The notes under the pieces are model-generated. The model saw only the letters and a list, made by a program, of their open reading frames with translations. It had not been told where the DNA came from and made no database searches. A program made the position numbers and the translations under genes. 64,000 nucleotides of DNA from Carcharhinus amblyrhynchos (Eukaryota): positions 39,556,001 to 39,620,000 of the forward strand of contig OZ336890.1 of assembly GCA_965287045.1 (NCBI GenBank), read 5' to 3'. Shown piece by piece: positions 1 to 10,550 of the stretch; the stretch's first letter is position 1; every line of letters starts with the position of its first letter.

Positions 1-1269
1 CTTAAAGCAACTGCCCCAACACTCGAAAACATCGAGACAGGATGGCTGAAGCCAAATACTGTGAATAAAGGATTAGCATTTGAATCACGTACCACGCCGA
101 AGTTCAGGTATAACTGTAGCCTGTTGCGGAGGAGTCTTTAGTGTGCTTTCGGGACAGTCCGATTGTGTGTTCTGACTGCACCTCCGTCGATGTAAAAGAA
201 AATAAAGCTGTGCCGCTATTGAACTTCACCCTGAGTGCGTAGTGGTCATTTCGCCCACTCGCGCTAACATGCTCTATATTCAGGGTAAATATGCACTCTG
301 TGAGAATCAACTGGAAAACTATGGTCAGTCAAAGTAAATGACAGATGTGACTAAAGCAACTTCCATGGATTTTTTAACCCACCCAAACATTTGTCATACT
401 GTGAGCCAACAGGCCTCACGAAACATCTGTTTTCTCACCAGGGTTTCCAATCTCCACATTTGAAGAACTTGTCTTGGAATTCTCTCCAAAAGTCATTCCA
501 GCTCAGTTGGCTTCAACAAGGATCCGCCTCCAGGGTGGATCCGAGACTTCTTTCCCCAGACCTCCGAGTATACTCAAACTTCATCTTTCAAGCACGCTGT
601 CAGGTCTCCAGCTGTGCCAAGCAGAACATCACTGCTTCAAAAGGGTACCTTTGCCCTTATGGCCCGCAGCACAGAATCATCAATGTTCAGCAGCTCTCTC
701 AGATCTTGAGCCTTTCTTTCAAGCTTGCTTCACTTCAACTCTAATCCCTGCAGCTCTATCTATAAACTTGGAGTCTTTTTTGAGTCAGTGGGATCTATCT
801 CTGATCCCTGTCTTTGTCATGGCTTCAATGTTCTTTTGGAACATCTTTCTGCCCCCAGCCCCTGGTTTGAGACCTTTGCCCTCACCCCCTCCTGCTCCCT
901 GCGACACATTGAGCACAATGGCACTCTGGTTCAGGTCACCCAATATGTCCTTTTGCATCAATTATCGTCTTTATTTGCTTTTCTTCTGCTTAAGTGTGCA
1001 GGGTCAGATGCCGGCCTAAAGAACACAAAAAAACTAACTGTGCATGCGTTCCCGTTCCTGTCCAGTGGATACGTGAAAGACCCGAAATACATTTAAAAAA
1101 CCTGAACTGCACATTTCTTTTATTCCTTCAAGGGATGTGGATGTTACTGGCTATGCCAGTATTTGGTGCCCATCCCTAATGGCCAATGGTAGCTGCTTAG
1201 AGAGTGAGAGATTCATGGCCAGCCGCATGTGGCAAGATAATTGAAGCCTCCACTGTCACTATACACAGA

Positions 1270-1429
1270 GTAAGAAGTCTCACAACACCAGGTTAAAGAC
1301 TACACCAGCATCCCTCACAATGATGGCATTGCTGCAACTGCCGCAGTACTCAACGCCAACCTTTCACCTGGTGTTGTGAGACTTCTTACTGCGTTTACCC
1401 CAGTCCAACATTGGCATCTCCACATCATG
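1270..1429 (+). mobile_element. Internally deleted Penelope-like element (inverted terminal arms + RT fragment)
   Basis: 30-bp inverted repeats at 1269-1298 and 1361-1390. The interior 1301-1360 translates YTSIPHNDGIAATAAVLNAN, like the PLE RT motif SLYTxIPH. 12-bp flanking duplication actatacacaga/actattcacaga. Confidence 0.75.
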
Positions 1430-2104
1430 ACTATTCACAGAACCAGACTACAACATACATGTAAAAAACACATGTTGCCAGAACTACAAGGACTCAAACC
1501 ACCACCAACCATCACAAACCTGTTCAGCCACTACCATAATGCCACACAAAACACAAAATTCTGACATGTGTCATCAAGCTATTAAAATGGTGCTGGTAAA
1601 AAAGAGGTCAAAACACATAGCGTCATATTGCTGGATCAGGAGGCCCTGTGGTGCAGCGGTAGCACCTCTACTGCTGGACCAGAGGTTCCAGGTTCGAATC
1701 CAATGCCTGGACTTGATGGCCATGGAAGGAGCATTCAACGCAGTTCAGCAAGCTGATAGTCAGCTCGGAAATCCTTCCACCACTTTTCTCCAAAGTGTAA
1801 AACAGACAGTTTGGTTGTGACGGTACACCAAGAACAACTGTTGGACTTTATTGTGTAATTAGTTTTCGAGTAATCTCTGGCCTTGATTATTATCTTACCA
1901 TTTTATCAAACCCATGTCATATTTTACATTCAAGCTAAAAAGGTTTAAAGATAAAATTTATTTATTGTTGTTACAAGTAGGCTTACATTAACACTGCAAT
2001 GGAGAATCCCCTAGTTGCCACACTTTGGTGCCTGTTCATGTACACTGAGAGGTAATTTAGCACGGACAACGCACCTAACCAGCACATCTTTCGGACTGTG
2101 GGAG

Positions 2105-2419
2105 TGTTCGAATGTAACTGGTGACAACTTTGATTGGATGTAATGGGACCAATGGAAACATAATGTAAGGGTCAGCTGACCTAGTAAAACATGGAACCAA
2201 TTACAGAGTGATGTAGTAGTCAGCTGACCAGCTGATTCATTATGAATAAGGAACTATGTAGAATTGTGGAGTGCTTGGAGTGGCCCAGGCCAAGGCCAAG
2301 GCACTAAGTTTGGAGTAATGATGTTTCTTCATTAAACCCTTTCTTTGATTTATTAATTGGAGTAAGTTTTGTTGTATTTTTATTAGCTGCATTTTGAAGA
2401 GTTCCTTCTCAGGAAATGA
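2105..2419 (+). mobile_element. Solo-LTR-like insertion splitting a V-SINE
   Basis: Starts TGTT and is flanked by ggag/ggag (2101-2104, 2420-2423). The SINE is contiguous once it is removed. Similar to 62697-63007. Confidence 0.6.
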
Positions 2420-3346
2420 GGAGGAAACTGGAGCACCAGGAGGAGACCCACGCTGACAAAGGGAGAACATGCAGATTCCGCACAGAAGTGACGCAAGCTG
2501 GGAATCAAATCCGGGCACTGTGAGGCTGCAGAGCTAACCAGTGTACCACTGTGCCACCCCTCAAGAGTCCCGAGAATCTATATTCTGTCAAAGGCTGAAT
2601 CATTACCTTTCAGCACATTTGCATTCTGATTGCTCTAGGATTGCTGCTGAAGGAACAAAACTCCCCAAGCACCAAACATTTATTGACCAAATTAGCATTA
2701 TCTTCCATGCACAATAAAGCCCACTGAGTGTTAAAAACGATCAAGAACGCTTCCATTAATTTAATTTACAGGAGTTTGCATTCTCCCCTGCTGCATTCGC
2801 ATGTTCCAAATTCCAAAAGCAAGATGTTGAAACTATTTCTTTTGTTTTACATCCTTCTGATCTTCTTCGGGGGATGTAATGTCTTTTACTGATAATGCGG
2901 GTGAAAAGGATTTCTAAATTTTAAAATGTAACACAGACTGAAAGATTAATTATCTAAGAGTTGAATACCCTAACTAAATTACAGAAATCACGTTGCAAAT
3001 ACTCCTTTCCAAGATTTCAACATCACTTGAGCGAAAAGCCACAGAACCTACAATACCAATCAAACTTCCTCCCTGAATCTTGAGCAGGAACACTGTGTGA
3101 GGTGTTTTATTCTTCAGTAAGTATGTGCTCATTGAAATCCACCACCTGTTACAGCCCAGGCTTGGAACAGATTAAGGACCATGTTGCCAGTGGCAATTAA
3201 GTTAACTCTCACCAAGGACTTTTATGCACCTGGTTCCATCCAGACTGGGACTCGTGATAATTGCAGCATTTCAGTCTGTTGTTCGCTGTTGCGCAAGAAA
3301 TATCACAGAGGGTCTCTACTCGAAGGGAACTAACTACATTTCATAC

Positions 3347-4213
3347 TGTGATGATACTGTGCCTTTAAGAAATGTATTTGTGTCATGTTTCTTGTGCAGG
3401 ATTTGTTTTAGCTATCAGCTCTATTTACCAGTGCCCCTTTGTCTGTAACCGACAGCCCCTATTGTTACTGCAGCAGCATAATTGACCTTAATTACTCGAA
3501 TGTTTGTTTTAATCTGGGTTCTATTATTTTAATGTATTTCTTTGAGGAACCTTTTTCAGATTATGGCATGATTAGGTTGAATGACAGGAAAAATCATGCG
3601 ACTGGGCAGGTCAAGACTTACACAGAGAAATAAGCTCAGTTGCTGCTTAGCACCTTAAAAGACAGGCAGCTCTTTCTGTGTCTATTTCTCACGTTCTGGA
3701 TTTGGAGACTGGGATCTGCCAGGAAATAAGTATTTTCCTCTGGAGGCTGCTCAATGGGAGTCAGAAGATATGCACCTTTCTGTACCTGTCCAAAAGGAAT
3801 TAAAAGGCTGGAAACTGAGACCCCACATGAGGTATATGTATTTTTTTATTCATTTGCAGGACATGGATGTCACTGGCCGGCCAGTATTTATTGCCCGCCC
3901 CCTAAGTTTTTACGTTGATTCTGAAGAAGATGTATGTCTCTGGGGATATTGCTTAAATTGAAACTATAGAGATAGCTAGCTGTTGTACCTTGTCATGTTT
4001 AAGTATTTCAATTAGTAAAAGTTATGCTAATTCTTCTTGTTATATTTTAACTGTTGTTAAACAAAGTTTGTTTTAATGAAAGCTTCCTAGTGGGTCAATA
4101 GAATCACACTTGGAGTGAAACGCCTTATGCTCGCCCTCATGTCAAAGTCAAACAAGTTGGGGTCTAGGCTAACTTCGTAATATACATTGGAGTTTCTGAT
4201 CTGATCCCTAACA
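3347..4213 (+). mobile_element. Probable long solo LTR (Gypsy-like) with an inserted SINE tail at about 3840-3905
   Basis: Begins TGTGATGATACTGTGCCTTTAAG and ends ...CCCTAACA. No matching target-site duplication. Confidence 0.4.
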
Positions 4214-5245
4214 ATTGTCACTTAACTTGGACATGCAGACAGACCGAAAATGTGGGTTGCAGGTTTCCCCAAGCACAGGGTAACGGTGATGGCACATGCA
4301 TTACTTTGCAAGTGGCAGACAATTTTTACATTACCTAAGTGCCAGGCAATAACCACTACCAGTAATACGTGGCCCAATTACTTTTCATAACCTTGAAACC
4401 CATCTACATTGCTGCATCTCCTAAAGTGTCAATGCCATGAATGCATGGGGCATGCCAGCTGCTAGATACTCTATGATGGTTCGCACCTTTCTTGAATGGT
4501 TCTCCAACATGTACAAAGTTTAAATCAGGAATGTGATGAAAAACTCAGCATACACCAAGTGCAGCTGAGACATTAAAAAATTTTAGCACCTTTCAAGATG
4601 AAACAATTCACTTGACTGGCACCTCTCCAACTGATCGCTACATCTCCTCACTCCTGCACTGACAAACTTGGCTGCAATAGGTACTATCCACAAGATGCAC
4701 TGCAACAACATGTCGAATTTCTTCTCACAGTTCGAAAGACGTGCTGGTTAGATGCATTGGCTGTGCTAAATTCTCCCTCAGTGTATCCAAACAGGCGCTG
4801 GAGTGTGACGACTAAGGGATTTTCACAGTAGTTGCCTTTGATGACAGCCACTTTTTAAAATGATTATCCATCTCAATTTACAGGGATAATTGCACCATTT
4901 ACCATCAATTTAATCTGCATTTCCACTGGTTGGAATACCTCCAATCCAACTCAACTTCAAATCCCTCCATTATTGCATTAATGGTTCCTTTAATGACATT
5001 TTTCATTGCACTCCTGGTTATTTCTCACCGTGAAACATTACCCTGCCCTTTCTACTACCCCTATTTACATACTATTTGTTCCCATATCATTAAGTGCACC
5101 CCACCCCTCATCTCAGGATTCAGTGGGTAAGTAAGTATTCCCAAACCTCAAGCTATGTCACTCTCAACGCAAAGATTTTACTCGTTGTTTTGGCTCACTG
5201 CCACTCTTAACAACCATTTCGGGATGTCACAGGGCTGAGAAAGTA

Positions 5246-5500
5246 GGCTCGGTGGCACTGCTGCTTTACAGCGCCAGGGACCTGGGTTCGATTCCTGGTT
5301 TAGGACACTGTGCAGAGACTGCACATTCTCCCTGGATCTGCGTGGGTTTCCTTGGGGTCCTCCTAGTATGCTAGTTAGTTGCATTGGCCATGCTAAATTA
5401 TCCCTCAGTTACCTGGAGTATGGCAACGAGGGGATTTTCACAGTAACTTTACTGCAGTGTTAATGTAAGCCTACTTGTGAAACTAATAAATAAACTTTAA
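5246..5500 (+). mobile_element. V-SINE variant with an alternative tail. Also about 1960-2559 (-), 4728-4830 (+), 33905-34050 (-), 48268-48536 (-) and 50022-50305 (+).
   Basis: Same head and V-domain, but ends gggattttcacagtaactt.a.tgcagtgttaatgtaagcctacttgtga.actaataaataaac. Confidence 0.8.
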
Positions 5501-5789
5501 ACTTTAGTTCATCGAGCGCCTATGCCTCCCCTGCACTGTCATCGGGACTGGTGACACATTCCCTCCTGGCTCTGCCTTAGCTGATGAGGTGGCAGTGTCT
5601 GGGTATCTGTCAGACAGAATTGAAGGGTTTGGGTGAGGGAAGGAGGATAGGGGAGTAAAGTCAAGCTCTATGAAGCATCTCCAGTTTCGATTTGATGCCA
5701 CAGTAAGAGGATGAGGAGAGAATTGGAAAGGCACCAAACGTTGTCACCTTGGACAGCCTGAGCAGTGGTGCGTGCCAAGGATTGTGTTG

Positions 5790-6200
5790 CTTCTGGATCT
5801 AGGATCCTGAGCACCGATGTCTCAGATTACGAAGCCATGCAAACAAGCAATGATTCCCACCCCACCAACACCTGCCCTTTAGTTTTTCAGCTCTCCCTGG
5901 CATTGTCTGCAGTTTTCTTCTGCAAAGCAATCAGAGATGGTGTGGCACTGTGAGCGTGTGGGAGAACGCAATCACTTACATTATCTTGACTACCTATGTA
6001 GGTCATTGTACTTTTTCTGGACCTTCTGTCATGCCAATGGCCCTGGACTTTGAGAATTACCCACTCCTTCCTCCTCCTGCTGGTGTGCAAGAGCTTTCTG
6101 TCCTCCTGCAGCCTTGTCTCACTGATCAGAGCCTCCAGGATGGTATTACCAAGCCTGTGAGCATTTTCCTTTGTGTACTGTAGCATTCTGCTTTCTGCCA
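5790..6200 (-). pseudogene. Degenerate PIF/Harbinger Myb/SANT-like partner gene remnant
   Basis: AHRLGNTILEALISE...QKKYNDL...EKTADNARES*KT resembles RF..LE.L.....KK.NDL..K..HN.RE..TGGG. Contains frameshifts and stops. Confidence 0.45.
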
Positions 6201-7283
6201 TCTTCCCAATTGATTGACCAGCAGCCTTCTCTTCAGCAGTACATTGGATGGTTATTTGAAACAAAAAGAAAAAAAAACTGGGAAAGGCAGGGAAATGGGG
6301 AAGTTTTAGGATGCGATCTTACTGACCGTTCATGCCCCACTCCTACTACAGCCAGGACGGAGAAGTTGGCACGCAGCCAAATCTCTGTTCACTGCAGTGG
6401 GACCAGAAAATCCCACCGGTGTGAACAGAGGTCAGATTCTGGCCATAACGCCCAATTAGAGAGCCAGTGCAGACATGATGGGCTGAATGGCCTCCTTCTG
6501 CACCATGACAATTCTGTGATCCCCTTTAATAGGAAATCTGCCTTTGAGGAGGGTAGGCAGGCAGGCTGGACCGGATGGTTTGTTAACAAAAGGGTCCTCA
6601 CCCACACACCATCCATCTCCAGCAGAGTGTAAAGGCTGCGGGGACTGTTTAGCAGAAAAGATCAGCTTGGGGGCTCTTTTCAGGCCAATGCCACAAGTGC
6701 TTCAGATGATGCGGGTGCAGCGAGCTTGTTTGTTGCCTATCGCAATCCAAACGTACAGGGGCAAGTCGTGAACAGCAAATCTCCACGCACAAAACTAATA
6801 AGCAATTCCAGGCTCCAAGTCAGAAATCCCTCTACACAGTACACCCTCATTTCTTTCTGCATTTTCCTTGAGTTTGCACCAATTTGGTACCCATTCCTGT
6901 CCCAATGATTGGATCTTTTCTAATCATTTGTTTTATTTATTCAATTTCAGATAGAATTCATCACATATTAAAGCCTGGACAACAGTTTTGCTCAAATCGA
7001 AAAATCAATTTGTTCGAATCAAGGAAAACAGTCTTTCCCAAAAGATCAGTTAGTTTCAAAACACTTTCCCAATATGAGCTATAACATTCATGTTATGAAG
7101 ACAGTAACTCATTACAGAGCGTCGATAAAATTGCTGTGTCCCTGAGGAGAAATAGCCCATTTATACTGGGTAGCAAAGAAATACTTATTCCTGTAATACA
7201 AATCCAACCCTCATGCACATGAGAAATCTCCTACTGTTATTATCAATGTCATCAGAATGAATCAACCACCCTCACTTCTAACA

Positions 7284-7602
7284 GGGCGATACAGTGGCAC
7301 AGTGATGAACCAGGTTCAATGCTGGCCTTGGTCGACTGCCTGCGTGGAGTCTGAACGTTTGTTCCGTGTCTGCGTGGGTTTGCTCCGGGTGCTCCAGTTT
7401 CCTCCCACTGTCCAAAGATGTGCAGGTTAGGTGGATTGGCCATGCTAAATTGCTCCTTAGTGTGCCAAGAAATAGATTAGGTGGATTGGCGGGGTAAATA
7501 CATGGGGTTATGTGTATCGGGCCCAGATGAGATGCCCTGTCAGAGAGTCAGTGCAGACTCCTTGGGCTAAGTGGCCTCCTTTGCACTATCGGGGTTCTAT
7601 GA
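7284..7602 (+). mobile_element. HE1-type V-SINE with CR1-like tail
   Basis: tRNA-like head, V-domain ccgtgtctgcgtgggttt.ctccgggtgctcc.gtttcctccca, and tail gggc..a.tggcctcctt..gcact. Confidence 0.85.
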
Positions 7603-8139
7603 ATTAAAATGGATGGCACAAATTGTGGTCAACAGGCATGACCAGATCCCTTACGTGGATCCATGCAAGCCTTGAAAACTTTAATTCGCCTATCTTCATA
7701 GTTTACTGAGGAGTGAGTTCAGATATCAACTAGCCTGCATGAAAAGAACAATTCTAACTTTCACTATCCAATGCCCTAGCTCTAATCTCTTTTGTGGAAG
7801 CTTATCCAATGCCTCCTAAAGAACTATAGAGACAACTTCCACTGGCGTTCTCCTATCCACCATCCTACATGGCCTTCCTTTCAAAAATCTATGTTAACCC
7901 TCTTTTAGCTGAGACATTTCTAAAGTGACCAACTGTCCCTCTAATAATAGACTCCCACAAATTCCTCATATCTTGTCTATCTCAAGTCAAAATATTTTTC
8001 CAAGGCAATTGTTTATTTGGAGAGCTGGCGCAGACGCAATGGGCCAAATGCCCTCCATCTGCTTTGTAACAATTCTGTGATTGAATTGATTAAGTAACAT
8101 TATTTTTGGCTCAGTGTATAGCACTGTAATTTTCAGAAT

Positions 8140-10070
8140 CACATATCACAAAATTGTGCAGGAGGCTGCCAGTTGGCCCATTGTATCAACACTGGCTCTC
8201 CAAATAATTATTGTAACTTAGTGCCATTCCCCTGCCTTTTCCCAGTACTCTTGTACATTGATTCTATTCAAGTAGTCATCTAATGCCCTCTTCAATGGCT
8301 CTATTGAATCTGCCTCCACCGTACTTCCATGCAGAGTATTCCAGACCCAAATAACTCCTTGAAAAAGCTTTCCCTTACATCACATTTGCTTCTTCTGCAA
8401 ATCATTTCAAATCCGAGCTCTCGCGTTCTCGATCCTTTTACGAGCAGAAACAGCTTTTCCCTTTCTACTCTGTCCAGCCCCACTATGATTTTGAACAACT
8501 CTATCAAATCTCCTCTTAGCCTTCTTCGCTCCAAGAACAGCTCCAGCCTCTCCAATCTGTCCTCATAATTGAAGCTTCTAATCACCGGGATCTTCTTGTA
8601 AACCTCCTCTGCACTCTCTACAATGCATTCACATCCTTTGTGTAATGTGATGCTGAGAACTGTACAGAGATTCCAGCTGAGGATGAACTAGTATCCTGTA
8701 TAAGTTCAGCATTAACTCCTTGCCCTTGTACAATATGCCACTATTAATAAAGCCCAGGATATTAGACAGTTTGTTAACGGCTCTCTCCATTGCCACTGCC
8801 CAATGATCTATGCACACATACACCCAGCACCCCTTTTAGAATTGTACCCCTTTATTTTACATTGTTTTTCTATGGTCTTCCTTCCAAAATGTATCACTTC
8901 ACCCTTCTCTGTATTGAACGTCATCTGCTACTTATCTGCCCATTCCACTAACTTGGCTATATATTTTTTTTTAAGTTCTACATTGTCCTCAAAAAGTTTT
9001 CAATACTTCCAAGTGTTTTGTCATCCACAAACTTTGAAAATTTTCTCCTGCACATCAAGATCTGGATCATTAATATATATCAGGAAAAGCAGGAGCTCCA
9101 ATACCGACACCGAACACCAATACAAACATTCCACTAGCCCGAGAAAAGATCCATTGACCATTACTCTCTGCCTCCTATTATTCAGCTAATTTTGTTTCCA
9201 TTTTGCTACTGTCCCTTTTATTCCACAAGCTATAACTTTCCACACAAGTCTATTGCTGCAACTGTATTGAATGTCTTCTGAAAGTCCATATACATCATAT
9301 CAACAGCATTACCCTCATCAACCCTTTCTGTTAACTCCTCAAAAAATTCCAGCTAGTTAAACACAATTTCCCTTGAGAAATCCATGCTGGCAATTTTTAA
9401 TCAACATACATTTTTCCATGTGACTATTACATCTCAAATAATTGTTTCTAGAAGCTTGTTCACCACTGATGCTAATCTGGTCTGTAATTTCTGGGGCTAT
9501 CCTTACAACCTTTTTGGGGTGGCACAGCAGCTAGCACTGCTGCCTCACAGCGCCAAGGACCTGGATTCAATCCCAGCCTCGGGTCACGGTGTGGGGTTTG
9601 CACATTCTCACCGTGTCTGCGTGGGTTTCCTCCCAGTGCTCCGTTTGCCTCCCACAATCCAAAGACGTGCAGGTTTAATGTTGATTGGCTATGCTAAATT
9701 GATCCTAGTGTCAGGGGATTAACAGGGGTTATGGGAATAGGACCTGGGTGGGATTGTGATTGGTGCAGACTTAATGGGCTGAATGGCCTCTTTCTGTGCT
9801 GTAGGAATTCTAAGGGCATGGTTTTTGCAATCGTCCAGTCCTCTGGCAGCTCTGCTAAATCTAGAGAAGACTGGAAAATGATGGCCGCTGCCCATTCCCA
9901 CTTCCTTCAAGATCCTTGGATGCATCCGATCTGGTCCAGATGCCATGTCAACTTTCATCATCAACTATCTTTCCAACATTTTAGCCCCGTTGTCCCACTA
10001 TGAAAATGGATGCAAAGTACTGATTTTAAAAACCTACCATTTTTCAATCGTCCATTATAGTCCCTCCTTC
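8140..10070 (-). mobile_element. Old CR1 ORF2/3' fragment with an HE1 SINE inserted at about 9517-9813
   Basis: YEDRLERLELF.ERRRLRGDLIELFKI, LGFINSGILYKGKE.MLNLYR.LV.PQLE, SGPDRMHPRILKEV. Confidence 0.85.
9517..9813 (+). mobile_element. HE1-type V-SINE
   Basis: Head, V-domain and CR1-like tail. Confidence 0.85.
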
Positions 10071-10149
10071 TCTTCCCTGTTGTGAATCAGTCATTTACCA
10101 CTTCTGACCACCTCTACCAACCCCATCCCCTCCCAACCCTCCTGGCTAA

Positions 10150-10451
10150 AACCTTCAGGTTGGTAACCAAGATGTCATCTAAGTTACACTGGACTCGGTC
10201 TAATCCACTTAGAATTTGGTCCACAGTTCGTTGGAAAAACACTGATATGGAAATCATGCCAAATTGTAATCTTTTAAAATGAAACAGCCCTTTGTGTGTT
10301 ATAATCATCAGGAACCAGTGTGAATCTGTTTTACAACACCCCCAGCTCTGAATATGTTGTTACAGGATACTTGTTACTCACAGTGCTCCCAGTACAGGTA
10401 TATATCATTTCAGGCAGAGCACGTGGCAAACATTTTTTTCCAAAGTTGTTT
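10150..10451 (-). pseudogene. Ty3/Gypsy reverse transcriptase fragment
   Basis: IITHKGLFHFKRLQFGMISISVFFQRTVDQILSGLDRVQCNLDDILVT, like THKGLFxYxRLPFG..FQR.M..IL..YLDDILV. Confidence 0.75.
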
Positions 10452-10550
10452 TAAGAACATAAGAACATAAGAAATAGGAGCAGGAGTAGGCCATCTGGCC
10501 CTTCGAGCCTGCCCCGCCATTCAATAAGATCATGGCTGATCTGTCGTGGC

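Noticed and set aside
391-1179. Overlapping 117-181 aa ORFs
   Set aside because: No recognisable motif or splice context. Probably decayed repeat or chance ORFs.
1645-1720. tRNA-like A/B boxes (tggtgcagcgg ... ggttcgaatcc), and similar heads throughout the window
   Set aside because: No complete cloverleaf or terminator. These are SINE heads, not tRNA genes.
2240-2518. Recurrent SINE-derived ORFs (e.g. MAQWLALLPHS..., SAWVSSGCSGFLPQSKD); the FPEKE here superficially resembles dynein CPEKE
   Set aside because: Translations of HE1 SINE or LTR junction sequence, with no dynein context or splice sites.
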